The translations under genes and the position numbers were made by a program. A model generated the notes under the pieces. The model searched no databases. It worked only from the letters and a program-made list of their open reading frames with translations, and was not told where the DNA came from. Positions 1 through 9,684 of a DNA stretch of 35,281 nucleotides are shown piece by piece (positions within the stretch are counted from its first letter, which is position 1; each line of letters starts with the position of its first letter). The DNA is from a virus (taxonomy: Duplodnaviria > Caudoviricetes). The DNA lies in IMG/VR virus record IMGVR_UViG_3300012953_004391, positions 1 through 35,281 of that record. One strand, 5' to 3'.

Positions 1-83
1 ACAATTACTGCGTCTTCAAACTGATTAAGTCCTCTTATCTCTCCGCCACTTTTTAGTGTGCCATATACAAATACTCTATTCAT
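1..83 (-). CDS. gamma-glutamylcyclotransferase (GGCT/AIG2-like) family protein, 5' part only (runs off window)
   Basis: Manual translation from ATG at 83 gives MNRVFVYGTLKSGGEIRGLNQFEDAVI. VFVYGTL is the GGCT family N-terminal signature. Not in the ORF track. Confidence 0.8.
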   Translation of the reverse strand, partial: MNRVFVYGTLKSGGEIRGLNQFEDAVI

Positions 84-315
84 ATTCTTTCCTATTATCC
101 AAATCAACAACTTTTTCTTCTAGTGATTTTATTCTAGCACTTAGTCCTGCAATTAGCATACTTGTATCTGTATCAGTAACAATAGTATCTAATGCTATTC
201 TATCATTTCTCAATGTCTCAATCTCAGACTCTAGCACTTTAATAGTTTTTTCACGTTCTTTCAGTAAGTTTATTAACTCACTTTTAGTCATTTGTGTTTT
301 AGATTTTTTTCTCAT
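76..315 (-). CDS. hypothetical coiled-coil protein
   Basis: 79-aa ORF with a heptad-like charged helix; overlaps both neighbours; has its own promoter. Confidence 0.7.
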   Translation of the reverse strand: MRKKSKTQMTKSELINLLKEREKTIKVLESEIETLRNDRIALDTIVTDTDTSMLIAGLSARIKSLEEKVVDLDNRKEYE

Positions 316-926
316 GATATAATTTTACTATAATAGTATGGAGAAGTCAACCAATTATTATAAATTTCTGCCTCCACTTGTAAGTACTTATCTATTTGTT
401 CTTTATGGTTTTTTTGGATGAACAAGTTAATTTCTAATAAATTTTCATCACTTGACTTATGATAATGTAATTCTTCAAAACCATTCTTACCTAACCAATC
501 ACTAAGATGTGCTGTATCTACAACTTCTAACGACTTAAATTCTAAATGTTTTGTGTTTACTAACCAATTTGAAGTATGTGGATTTACAAAAGAATAATCA
601 TCGTTAAATTTTTCGTTCCACCAATCCTCAAATTTTTCTCTTTTTATACGTTTATCTTCAGTCCAAATTGTTCTTAGACCACTAACGTATCTTTGGTAGG
701 GATTTCTAATAATTAAGGTTACATCGTAATCTTTCCAAAAAGTAAAATCGCTTTTAGTATTTTGGTCATCTGTCCACCACTCAAATGTATCAAGATTATG
801 TGGCATATATTTTTTAGAGCCGCTTCTATTTTTATAAACTTCTGTAACTGCATTACTTAAAGTTATCAGTCCGCACTTTCGCACACTTAAAATTACTTTT
901 TTATTAGGCTCATCTAAGAAAATCAT
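312..926 (-). CDS. sulfotransferase family 2-like protein
   Basis: RKCGLITL resembles the 5'-PSB loop (PKxGxTS). IIRNPYQRYVSG matches the R-(D/N)-P-x-x-R-x-x-S 3'-PB motif. Confidence 0.6.
   Translation of the reverse strand: MIFLDEPNKKVILSVRKCGLITLSNAVTEVYKNRSGSKKYMPHNLDTFEWWTDDQNTKSDFTFWKDYDVTLIIRNPYQRYVSGLRTIWTEDKRIKREKFEDWWNEKFNDDYSFVNPHTSNWLVNTKHLEFKSLEVVDTAHLSDWLGKNGFEELHYHKSSDENLLEINLFIQKNHKEQIDKYLQVEAEIYNNWLTSPYYYSKIIS
322..350 (-). promoter_or_regulatory. sigma70-type promoter TTGACT-17-TAAAAT
   Basis: agtcaa at 345-350, atttta at 322-327. The ATG at 315 is 6 nt downstream of the -10 box. Confidence 0.6.
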
Positions 927-1864
927 TAGTATTCAAATTTATCTGATTCTTTAACTTTTGTGTGTTTATCAAAATAGTCTTCTATTATATTATCATAATG
1001 AAAAGTTATTCTGTGTAAAACTCTTTTAGCAATAATTTCAGGCTCCCACTCTACTCTCTTATGTAAAGTTAATACTTGGTCACTTATAACAATATCACCT
1101 GGATGCCATTTGTGATTGTAAACATATTTGTCTTGAAAACAATGTTCCATTAATATATTTTTTAATTCTGGATCTTTAGGGAATGTACAATTATTATGAT
1201 AATGAAAATACATTCCTGTTTTGCCTCTAAAACTTTCATGTAATAAAGGCATAGTGTATTTGTGGTCAACTATTCCAAATCCTTTCATAGTCATAAGTTG
1301 TGGTGTAGGTACACCCTTTGCCCAGTTTTCAGGAGCATATTCATAATTACCTACAACACCCTCACAACGTTGTTTTATATCATCTGATAAATCTGCGTAT
1401 GCTTTTGTTGTGTCCATGAATGCTGTATGAGTGTTTTCACTAAACAATGCTCCTTGTAGAGCAACACCTCTTGCTCTATCCATATCGCCATTCATATTGC
1501 TATGCCAATCTAATTCACCATTACCAAATATACCTGTTGCCATTCCTTTTTCTGTTTTCTCTCCAGTAACACGTTGTACTGGATAATCATTATCTTCTCC
1601 TTCCCAACCAAATGGATCTATATAAGGTTGTTTTCCTTTACCTGTGTTGTTACCATCTTGTTTCCATAACATTTGTTCATGGTTTGCAAACTGCCCCATT
1701 TTGGATATTAGTTTTGCAAAAGGCAATGTTTGGTATGGTTGGTTTTCAAAAACTATAATTAAATGCTGTAAATATAATTCATTTATATCATTATAGTCTT
1801 GTTCACTGAGATTTGCAATATCGCAATTTATTTTTACACCTATGCTTAATTCTTCAACTTTCAT
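926..1864 (-). CDS. TauD/TfdA-family Fe(II)/2-oxoglutarate dioxygenase
   Basis: IIVFENQ, LDWHSN, TAFMDTTKAYADL and HKWHPGDIVISDQVLTLHKR...RVLHR match the TauD fold motifs. Confidence 0.85.
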   Translation of the reverse strand: MKVEELSIGVKINCDIANLSEQDYNDINELYLQHLIIVFENQPYQTLPFAKLISKMGQFANHEQMLWKQDGNNTGKGKQPYIDPFGWEGEDNDYPVQRVTGEKTEKGMATGIFGNGELDWHSNMNGDMDRARGVALQGALFSENTHTAFMDTTKAYADLSDDIKQRCEGVVGNYEYAPENWAKGVPTPQLMTMKGFGIVDHKYTMPLLHESFRGKTGMYFHYHNNCTFPKDPELKNILMEHCFQDKYVYNHKWHPGDIVISDQVLTLHKRVEWEPEIIAKRVLHRITFHYDNIIEDYFDKHTKVKESDKFEY

Positions 1865-2378
1865 TATCTACACTAATCTTTTCTATATTGCAACCGCTTT
1901 TTTCTAAAAAATCTAATCCACTTCCTTTATCAGCATCATACGAGTTTTTGTATATTACATGTCTTATGCCACTTTGAAATATTAATTTAGCACAATCCAT
2001 GCAAGGTTCATGTGTACAAAATAGTACAGCATCTTTACAACTTTCTCCGCTTTGTGCCATTTTTGCAATAGCATTTGTTTCTGCATGTAACACTTCTTGT
2101 TTTGTTTTTAATTTGCTCCACGTACTACCGTGTGGAGATTCATGAAATGTAGCACCTTGCTTTTTGTACTCTTCTCTCATGTGTGGAACATCGTTCCATC
2201 TAATTTCTTCTTCACAATTATTGTCCCAACCTGATGGCATACCATTATATCCAATACTTACTATTCTATTGTCTTTAACAATAATAGCACCTACTTGGGC
2301 TCTTCTAGCACTACTTAATTGTGCAAATCTTTCTGCACAATCCATAAATGCATATTTAAACTTCTCTTTCATGTCCAT
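1854..2378 (-). CDS. dCMP deaminase
   Basis: VGAIIVKDNRIVSIGYNG, HAETNAI and PCMDCAKLI zinc-deaminase motifs. Confidence 0.93.
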   Translation of the reverse strand: MDMKEKFKYAFMDCAERFAQLSSARRAQVGAIIVKDNRIVSIGYNGMPSGWDNNCEEEIRWNDVPHMREEYKKQGATFHESPHGSTWSKLKTKQEVLHAETNAIAKMAQSGESCKDAVLFCTHEPCMDCAKLIFQSGIRHVIYKNSYDADKGSGLDFLEKSGCNIEKISVDNES

Positions 2379-2638
2379 CTTCCTGTTAACCTAAATCGTA
2401 CTACTTCGTCCCATGTTGCATATTGAATTTTATCAAATGAACTTCTAGGAAATTGAGGTGGTTCAATATGTAACCATCTCCTTCTACGATATAAAAATGT
2501 TAACCATATTCTTTTTCCGCCTTCTGTCCTTTTAGGAAAAAAAGCAAATATCTTTCTCCATTCAGAATATCTTAAATTGTCTTTACTGTGAATGTAATCA
2601 CCTGCTACGTTACCACCGTAGTAATTAGTTCCCATCAA
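2369..2638 (-). CDS. hypothetical phage protein
   Basis: 89 aa with W..FA.FP.RT..GK.IWL pattern; tightly packed with its neighbours. Confidence 0.65.
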   Translation of the reverse strand: MMGTNYYGGNVAGDYIHSKDNLRYSEWRKIFAFFPKRTEGGKRIWLTFLYRRRRWLHIEPPQFPRSSFDKIQYATWDEVVRFRLTGRWT

Positions 2639-3836
2639 GGGTCACACTCACTGCCGCACTTCTGCCGCCAAATCCAAAACTTGTTTTAAACATTCTGTTA
2701 TAATCTTTTTCTACTACTTCGGATGGTAATTGAAAATATCCATCTTCAGTAAATGGCTTAACTAGTCCAGCATTTGCTGGAACAAATCCATTAGCCATTG
2801 CTTCTGCACCTAATACAACTTCTACTAAACCACTTGCACCCATTTGATGGCCCACTTGTCCTTTATTACTGTACAAATGACTTTGTTCTGGGAAGTAATC
2901 TTTCAACACGTTGTACTCCACAGGATCGCCAAATGGTGTGCTTGTGGCGTGTGCATTTAACACATTGTAATCCTGGGCACTGGTACCTGCTTGTTTAATA
3001 GCATTGTCTATTGCAATCCTGGCTCCAGTGCCTTCTAGGTCAGGTTGGGTAGGATGAGCACCATCGTTCGCTATCCCGATGCCATCTACTACCCACCTAA
3101 TGTCTGCTCCTCTGGCTCTTGCCTTATCTAAAGGTTCAACTACTACACATACAGAACCTTCCCCCATTACAAAACCGTCCCTACTTTCGTCCCAAGGTAC
3201 ACTTCTACCTGTAGGACTGATTGCTCCTAATAGTTGAAAATACAATGAACTCATTGAACTAGTCATCCAATCAGTTCCAACAACTACAGCACAATCATAA
3301 TCTTCTAATGTCATATATTTTTTTGCTAAATCCAATGCCTGTACAGCACTTACACATGTGCCACTTGTACCCATACTGATACCATGCCATTTGTAATGAC
3401 TGCTTATATGGTTACTTAAATATTCGTGACTACTGCTTAATAATATTGTAGGGTGAACTTTGCGTCTACCTTGTACTAAGATATCACTAAATTTTGCTAG
3501 GTTAGGTGCTCCGCCTCTTATTGTTCCAACGAATACAGGTGTATTGTCTGGAAAATCATTATTTGCCATTTGTACTGCTTGGTCAACTGCAACCATACTT
3601 GTTATTACAGTTGGGTCCATCCAACGTCTACTCTTTGGTTCTATTAAACCTTCTAAGTCTAAATCATCAATGTTGCAGTGAAATGCTTTTGTTACGTTGA
3701 GGAATGGATCTGCAAAATGACCAGGTAATCTATAATCAGTTACTGGTACTTGCAATGCCTTTAAATTCTGTGTTACGGATTGGATTTCATTGCCCAAAGG
3801 CGAGACAATGCCCACTCCGGTGATAGCGAGTTTCAT
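2625..3836 (-). CDS. fabF: beta-ketoacyl-ACP synthase (FabF/FabB family)
   Basis: AITGVGIVSPLG; catalytic Cys (GTCVSA); His in NAHATST and GHQMGASG; RDGFVMGEG; C-terminal SFGFGG. Confidence 0.88.
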   Translation of the reverse strand: MKLAITGVGIVSPLGNEIQSVTQNLKALQVPVTDYRLPGHFADPFLNVTKAFHCNIDDLDLEGLIEPKSRRWMDPTVITSMVAVDQAVQMANNDFPDNTPVFVGTIRGGAPNLAKFSDILVQGRRKVHPTILLSSSHEYLSNHISSHYKWHGISMGTSGTCVSAVQALDLAKKYMTLEDYDCAVVVGTDWMTSSMSSLYFQLLGAISPTGRSVPWDESRDGFVMGEGSVCVVVEPLDKARARGADIRWVVDGIGIANDGAHPTQPDLEGTGARIAIDNAIKQAGTSAQDYNVLNAHATSTPFGDPVEYNVLKDYFPEQSHLYSNKGQVGHQMGASGLVEVVLGAEAMANGFVPANAGLVKPFTEDGYFQLPSEVVEKDYNRMFKTSFGFGGRSAAVSVTLDGN

Positions 3837-3841
3837 ACAGA

Positions 3842-3847
3842 TATTTA
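3842..3847 (-). promoter_or_regulatory. late-promoter-like TAAATA box upstream of fabF
   Basis: tattta at 3842-3847, 5 nt from the ATG at 3836. Confidence 0.5.
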
Positions 3848-3881
3848 TTCTGTACTATTTTACTAATATTAATTTACTGGC

Positions 3882-4721
3882 TTATGTTTTCTTGATTACA
3901 GCCGCCTGCCAATAACCTGTATTGTCAGTTTCACTGTTTAAAACGTATTCTGCAGTCCAAAACTTACCAGTGTTTGTCATAGCATTCATAGTGTCCCAAA
4001 ATGCTTCTTGTACAAATGGTAAATGGAAGTTAAATATAATAAAACCACCACCTGAACCACATCTGTTAAACAAACTTGCAATAGTTTTTCTTGCAGTATT
4101 CTTTTCATGTTCTACAAATCCCATGCTAACCGGCCAAGGATAATAAATGCTTAGGTTATAAGCATCATAGTCGCCACTACTATCAATGGCTGTGCCTGCC
4201 TGGTTTACAACATGTGAATTTGGAATTTGGGGATGTAAGAAATTAGATAAGTCATTTACACCTAGTAGTGTTGGAGAATCTGCTAGTACTGTTGTATTTA
4301 CAATTACATTAGCATCAGCACCAAAGGCATCTAATAAATCTACTGAAATAGCAGTTCCGCCTTCATCAAAGTTTGTTCTTTGTAAAGATGATGTATCATT
4401 CTTATAACAATTAGATGCATTAGCCACGTTATCGTAAAATTCACTAGTTGTTAAGTATGTGTCTGTAAAAGTATCTGTAGTAGTTATTTTAATGTCTGCT
4501 TGGTTTGAACAATTATCTACAATAAATTTAGCAGTCTTACCTGTACCTGCATTCATTTCATGTATGTTTATAATGTCACCTGAATCCAAAGATTCAACTA
4601 CTAGTTTTATAACTGCTCCATGAGGATCAGTAATAAGACCGTCCATTAAATCGTCAACTACAAATGCACTTTGATCCACTGCTCTAACGGCGGCTTCATC
4701 TGGTGTTGTTATATTAGACAT
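3882..4721 (-). CDS. hypothetical protein, possible divergent class I SAM-dependent methyltransferase fold
   Basis: 279 aa with a GGAG RBS. IHEMNAGTGKTA resembles motif I (E/D-x-G-x-G-x-G); late GSGGGFIIF strand. Confidence 0.4.
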   Translation of the reverse strand: MSNITTPDEAAVRAVDQSAFVVDDLMDGLITDPHGAVIKLVVESLDSGDIINIHEMNAGTGKTAKFIVDNCSNQADIKITTTDTFTDTYLTTSEFYDNVANASNCYKNDTSSLQRTNFDEGGTAISVDLLDAFGADANVIVNTTVLADSPTLLGVNDLSNFLHPQIPNSHVVNQAGTAIDSSGDYDAYNLSIYYPWPVSMGFVEHEKNTARKTIASLFNRCGSGGGFIIFNFHLPFVQEAFWDTMNAMTNTGKFWTAEYVLNSETDNTGYWQAAVIKKT

Positions 4722-4755
4722 CTATTTCTCCAATTAAACGTATTTCTTAACACAC

Positions 4756-5667
4756 TTATTTATCTGATTTTACTATAATGTCCTTTATATTAGGATAAAA
4801 TAATACTAGGTCCTGTATTTGTTTAATAGTATATTCCTTGGATATATGCCCTAAACGTAATCTTCCAAGCCTATACTGAGGGTCTGTGTAGTTTATATGA
4901 GCCTCTAAATTGCTATTTTCACACCATTCATAAAACTCATTTATTTTTTGCGTATCTACTTCATCTGTAGGTGTATTTTGTGGACCTGTCATAAAGTTTA
5001 CAGCAATACCAGGACATAGTGTTGTTTGCTGTCTTAGTTCTCCTGATGCTACAAGTTCAGAATCATCAGTCCAAAAACAAGCACCTAAATCTTTTCCTAC
5101 AGTATGATAATCCATTTCTAATTCACCCCATAATGCATGTGGCTTCCTTAACATATGGTCTTCATCTGTTAATGTTAATCCTAATTCTTCTGCAATAGGA
5201 CCAACTTGTTTTGCAACCATAAACACTTGATCCATTTCAACAGGGCCTGCTTCTAGTAAATGTACTAGTATGTTTACTCTTTCTAATTGTATCTGTGTTT
5301 CGTTTGCATCTACACCGTATTCTTCTGTGTAGAGTTGAAAAATCTCATGTAACTTGTTTAACTTTTTAACTTGTTTATGTGGTTCTATGGATAAATCTAA
5401 CTTTAGTTCTTCTGTTATACTACAGCCTTCATCTAGTAAATTTACTTTGTCTATAACATCATTCATTTCAGATGCTAAAGACAAAGTAGATTCTTCTGTG
5501 TTTGACCTTCTAACGTCGATACGACCTTCAACAAAAGATGTTGGTTTGGTATATTCTAATAGTTCAATAAATCTGTCAACAATAGGTATGTCATATAAAT
5601 CAAAATCTATACTTTCAGTTTTATTGCCTGATTCACTCTGTAACAGTATCGTCAGTTGCTTCTTCAT
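4756..5667 (-). CDS. hypothetical phage protein
   Basis: 303-aa ORF with LNKLHEIF, NILVHLLE and YHTVGKDL; function not recognised. Confidence 0.75.
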   Translation of the reverse strand: MKKQLTILLQSESGNKTESIDFDLYDIPIVDRFIELLEYTKPTSFVEGRIDVRRSNTEESTLSLASEMNDVIDKVNLLDEGCSITEELKLDLSIEPHKQVKKLNKLHEIFQLYTEEYGVDANETQIQLERVNILVHLLEAGPVEMDQVFMVAKQVGPIAEELGLTLTDEDHMLRKPHALWGELEMDYHTVGKDLGACFWTDDSELVASGELRQQTTLCPGIAVNFMTGPQNTPTDEVDTQKINEFYEWCENSNLEAHINYTDPQYRLGRLRLGHISKEYTIKQIQDLVLFYPNIKDIIVKSDK

Positions 5668-6217
5668 CTATCTTCAATTGACTTCTTCTTAAGTCTTTAA
5701 CATTTTTAAGATATTCAAGCATAGAAGTTACATCACTAACTGAAAACGGATCTCCAGCATAATTGTCCTCTTTACCTTCTTCTACAAAAATCATTTCGAC
5801 TCGTCCATTGTCTACTACCATACTGTAACGTTGACTTCTGTATCCAAAACATACAGGTTCTTTCTTTACAAGCATACCCATTTGTCTAGTAAAGTCTCCA
5901 TTGCCATCTGCAATAGGTTGGACTTGGCTAATACCTAGGCTGTCAAACCATGCATTCATAACAAAACTATCGTTTACACTTAAACAATAAATTTCATCAA
6001 CGTCTTGTTCTAAAATCTCATCATACTTTGCTTCATATCCAGGTAAATGTGTTGTAGAGCATGTTGGTGTAAAAGCACCAGGTAATGCAAACAATACAAC
6101 TCTTTTGCCTTTAAACAAATCCTCAGAGTTTTCAGCAACCCAAGTGTATTCAGCCGCACCTTCCGGCTTCGTTCGTCTGTTCCATTCGACCATTGGTATA
6201 GTCATTTCAATTGCCAT
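5633..6217 (-). CDS. peroxiredoxin (Prx5/redoxin family)
   Basis: LFKGKRVVLFALPGAFTPTCS, SVNDSFVMNAW, ADGNGDFT, RSQRYSMVV; GGAG RBS. Confidence 0.95.
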   Translation of the reverse strand: MAIEMTIPMVEWNRRTKPEGAAEYTWVAENSEDLFKGKRVVLFALPGAFTPTCSTTHLPGYEAKYDEILEQDVDEIYCLSVNDSFVMNAWFDSLGISQVQPIADGNGDFTRQMGMLVKKEPVCFGYRSQRYSMVVDNGRVEMIFVEEGKEDNYAGDPFSVSDVTSMLEYLKNVKDLRRSQLKIDEEATDDTVTE

Positions 6218-6246
6218 ATTTTATTCTCCAAATTAAAAATATACTA

Positions 6247-7773
6247 CTAGTTATTACTAAAAACGTTGAAGTTGGTGAAATTCTTGTAAATTTCTATCTC
6301 TTTATCAACGTCAAAATCAAGCAGTTCTTTGTAATTATACGGCTTTTGGATTTCGTTAGTAAAGTGTTTTACTAAGTTTTCCGTATAATTTTGTTTTATA
6401 TTTGTTAAACTAAGATAAATCCTTTTTTGATTTTCTTGTACTTTGTCTTTTGTAGACAACCAACGTGTGTATAATTCTTTTGGTTCTAGTCTATTCAGTC
6501 TACACAGTTTAACAGTTTCTCTAATAACACGTTTCATACGTTCTTCATTATCTTCTATATCATCATAGTCTTCGTTGATACCAAACTCTTCTCCTAGTGT
6601 ATGATATCCCAACTGTTTTATCTTTTGCAAGTAACCTGGTTGTGAAAATAGTATAAGTCCTTGTCCATTGTTCATAGGCTTTAATACTTTTTCTGTTATA
6701 AACAAATTAGGCTGGTCTATATCTCCTGCTGTTTCGCTTGTGAGCCATACATAAAAGTTATTTTCAAAAGGTACATTCTGAGATTCAACATCTCCTATAA
6801 AATCATAGTCGCCTGGAATAGTCTTGCCTACTCTCATTTTGTCTTTGAAGTCGTCCATGTTAGTAGGATTCAATGTTTCCAATAGGTCTGGTTGAAACCT
6901 TTGAAGTACATGGCCCATATATTCTATATGTACAACCTGGTCTGCCCAATCTTTAGAAGTATTCCCTTGTTTAAAAAATTTTAATGGAGGAAATGCACTA
7001 ATAGTAGGTATGTCATTTGCATATATGCCATGAGTATATAATCCCCATAACAAAGCAGTTCTAGACATAGTAGGTCTTCTATTTAAAAATGCTATAGGAT
7101 ACTTTCTGTCGTATTGCCAATTATTATTGTCTATATATTCGTAAGTTCCGCCTGCCTTAAAATGTCTTGCATGACGTTCTATCTTTTTGTAATCCATGTG
7201 TCCTGTCATATGCCACCTGACAATATACTTGATAGGCATCTCTTTTCTTTCTTCACATAGTTTGTTTATTGTGTTTTGACCTATAAAGTTATGACCCATT
7301 ATCATAACACAGTCTTTTGGTATATTATACAAATTCATACAATCATAAATTTGTTCTACAATCTCATCTAGCACAGGACTTTCATCACAAAAACCTATAA
7401 CTAAATTATAATCTTTTAAGTGGTCCCAGTGTTCAAAGTAAGACAAAAGGAAGTCTACTTGTTGTTCTCTCAGTTTCCAGTTAGCAGAAAATCTACCAAA
7501 CCTATCTATTTCATTCCAGCCACTTGTGGGAATAAAAAAATTAAAGACTAAACTGGGTTTTGTTGTTTCTTCCCAAGTATCTTTGTACATAGAAAATAGT
7601 GTACCAAAGTCTTGAAAGTATAATACTAAAGGATGTCCAGAGATTCTGTCGTTTATAGGTATGTCTAATTCTAATCCATTATTGATTACATGGTCTCTGT
7701 CTTTAGGATTAGTTAAATCGAATTTTTCTCCTCTACTGCTTTTGAGAGAGGTTACATCTACAGTTAGGCTCAT
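6247..7773 (-). CDS. hypothetical protein, glycosyltransferase-like C-terminal domain
   Basis: FLNRRP...R and SET...FITEKVLKP...G...LGYHT, a TEK motif reminiscent of GT10-like domains. Paralogous to 27542..28684. Confidence 0.5.
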   Translation of the reverse strand: MSLTVDVTSLKSSRGEKFDLTNPKDRDHVINNGLELDIPINDRISGHPLVLYFQDFGTLFSMYKDTWEETTKPSLVFNFFIPTSGWNEIDRFGRFSANWKLREQQVDFLLSYFEHWDHLKDYNLVIGFCDESPVLDEIVEQIYDCMNLYNIPKDCVMIMGHNFIGQNTINKLCEERKEMPIKYIVRWHMTGHMDYKKIERHARHFKAGGTYEYIDNNNWQYDRKYPIAFLNRRPTMSRTALLWGLYTHGIYANDIPTISAFPPLKFFKQGNTSKDWADQVVHIEYMGHVLQRFQPDLLETLNPTNMDDFKDKMRVGKTIPGDYDFIGDVESQNVPFENNFYVWLTSETAGDIDQPNLFITEKVLKPMNNGQGLILFSQPGYLQKIKQLGYHTLGEEFGINEDYDDIEDNEERMKRVIRETVKLCRLNRLEPKELYTRWLSTKDKVQENQKRIYLSLTNIKQNYTENLVKHFTNEIQKPYNYKELLDFDVDKEIEIYKNFTNFNVFSNN

Positions 7774-8129
7774 ACTACTAAGTTTCTTATCAGTGTGTTT
7801 AAAAATAAAATAATGCCAACACCATTCAATAATATAAGAGCTCTATCTTTCCATAAAAAGCCTACCCACATCCAACCAGATACTCCTATGATACTTAAAA
7901 TCAAATCGTACATCTGTAATCCTTCAACACCACGTATGCTCATACTTGCGAGTATAAACGAACTTGCAATCCATTTTACATACCATGAAAGGTCTTGTTT
8001 AGGTGTTTTACTTTTTACTACTCTGTTGGAATGTTTAATTTCACCTACGGTAAATTCTTTACCAGTGTCTGTTTCAATTACGACATCATCTAATTTTTTA
8101 CTATGTGCGGGTACTTTTCTACTCATCAC
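7770..8129 (-). CDS. small membrane protein
   Basis: WYVKWIAS followed by three hydrophobic helices and WKDRALILLN. Confidence 0.7.
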   Translation of the reverse strand: MMSRKVPAHSKKLDDVVIETDTGKEFTVGEIKHSNRVVKSKTPKQDLSWYVKWIASSFILASMSIRGVEGLQMYDLILSIIGVSGWMWVGFLWKDRALILLNGVGIILFLNTLIRNLVV

Positions 8130-8500
8130 AATATTCCTAACTGATATTTTCCTTCATCACTAATCATTTCATCTGGGTTCCATGGTGGATCAAATGTCAA
8201 TGTTACTTTTACTTTGTTAATGCATTCAACTGCTCTAGTGGCAAATTCAACTTCCATAGGGAGTATTTCTGCCGCTGGACAATTAGGAGATGTTAATGTC
8301 ATTATAACATTTGCATCATATTCCTGATTTACTGCTACCTGATAGATTAAACCCATATCATAAACATTCAAATTTATTTCAGGATCATAAACACGTTTGA
8401 GGTTATTAATGATTTGGTCGACTAATTGGTCTTGTAGATTTATAGGACCACCTACCATGTCAGATGCCTCTACTTTTTTATCTTTTCTATCGCTTTCCAT
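8126..8500 (-). CDS. sufT: SUF-associated Fe-S maturation protein (DUF59/SufT/PaaD)
   Basis: VYDPEINLNVYDMGLIY, MTLTSPNCP and LTFDPPW are DUF59 signatures. Start placed at ATG 8500 after GGAAGG. Confidence 0.9.
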   Translation of the reverse strand: MESDRKDKKVEASDMVGGPINLQDQLVDQIINNLKRVYDPEINLNVYDMGLIYQVAVNQEYDANVIMTLTSPNCPAAEILPMEVEFATRAVECINKVKVTLTFDPPWNPDEMISDEGKYQLGIL

Positions 8501-9684
8501 AGTCCTTCCACTAGCATTACACAATCATGCTCATCGTTGTAAGGTGCTGAACTGATTCTTAATACTCCTTTCCCTCCAGAGTATTTATTACTAGCCGGGT
8601 AGGCACATAGGTGTCCGGTCCTTACACAGACATTGTCCAAATCTAAAAATCCAGCAATATCGCTTGGGTGATAATCTTCTACTGTAAATGTATATACACT
8701 TCTTGGTTGTATATCACCAATCAGTTGTATTTCTTGTATGTCAAACAGTCCTTTTTCTTTTAACATATTAAAAAATTCTGCTTCGCATTCTTGTATATCT
8801 TTATATGTAACTTCTTTTATCCATTTAGCCGCCGCACCTAAACTATGTACACCTGCTATATTCTGTGTGCCTGCTTCTATATGCTCTGGTCCTGGATGGG
8901 TTACATAATGGTCAAAATCAACATGACTAACAGTTCCGCCACCTAAATCTCGCTCTTTATTTAAGAAGCCTCCCCTACTAAACAGTACACCTACTCCTGT
9001 TGATGCATACATTTTATGACCACTAAATGCCATATAATCTATATTATTCATCTGCAAATCAACTGCTTTATGCCCTATGCTTTGACATGCATCTACTATT
9101 GTTATACATTCGTTTTCTTTAGCAATCCTGCACATGTCTTGCCAAGGCAGTTCAATTCCAGTTAAATTACTTTGTGTTAAGAAACTTGCTACAGCACCTG
9201 GATGTGTCTTACATGCAGTTTCCCAATCTTCTATGTTTATTGTACCATCATCATTTGCAGGAACAACAACTAGCAATCCATTTAGTGCTGTTCTGCCTTG
9301 CTTCATCCAAGGTAAAATGTTACTGTGATGTTCTAGTTCTGTGATTATAATAGGAGTTTCAATTGGAATCCATTCTGCTATAATATTAATACTGTGAGTA
9401 GTACCGGCTGTGAATGCCACTTCCCAATCCTCACAATTTATTAATCCTGCTATTTCTGTTCTTGCTTTATCATAAATGTCTGATGCTATACCACTTGTTT
9501 TAAAATCTCCTCTGTGAACATTTGCTCTGTAATTATAATGATAATCACTTACTGCCTTTATTGCAGTATCCACAGTTTGTGAACTCGCGGCATTATCCAA
9601 ATATACTAATTCAGTATATGCAATACTAGGAAAGCAATTTCTGATTTCCTTAATACGTTTTGCTTTAGGATAAACTCTTAACAT
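8470..9684 (-). CDS. sufS: cysteine desulfurase, SufS type
   Basis: YLDNAASSQ, ANVHRG, EHHSNILPW, DACQS, SGHKMY (PLP Lys) and RTGHLCA (catalytic Cys). Confidence 0.92.
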   Translation of the reverse strand: MLRVYPKAKRIKEIRNCFPSIAYTELVYLDNAASSQTVDTAIKAVSDYHYNYRANVHRGDFKTSGIASDIYDKARTEIAGLINCEDWEVAFTAGTTHSINIIAEWIPIETPIIITELEHHSNILPWMKQGRTALNGLLVVVPANDDGTINIEDWETACKTHPGAVASFLTQSNLTGIELPWQDMCRIAKENECITIVDACQSIGHKAVDLQMNNIDYMAFSGHKMYASTGVGVLFSRGGFLNKERDLGGGTVSHVDFDHYVTHPGPEHIEAGTQNIAGVHSLGAAAKWIKEVTYKDIQECEAEFFNMLKEKGLFDIQEIQLIGDIQPRSVYTFTVEDYHPSDIAGFLDLDNVCVRTGHLCAYPASNKYSGGKGVLRISSAPYNDEHDCVMLVEGLWKAIEKIKK

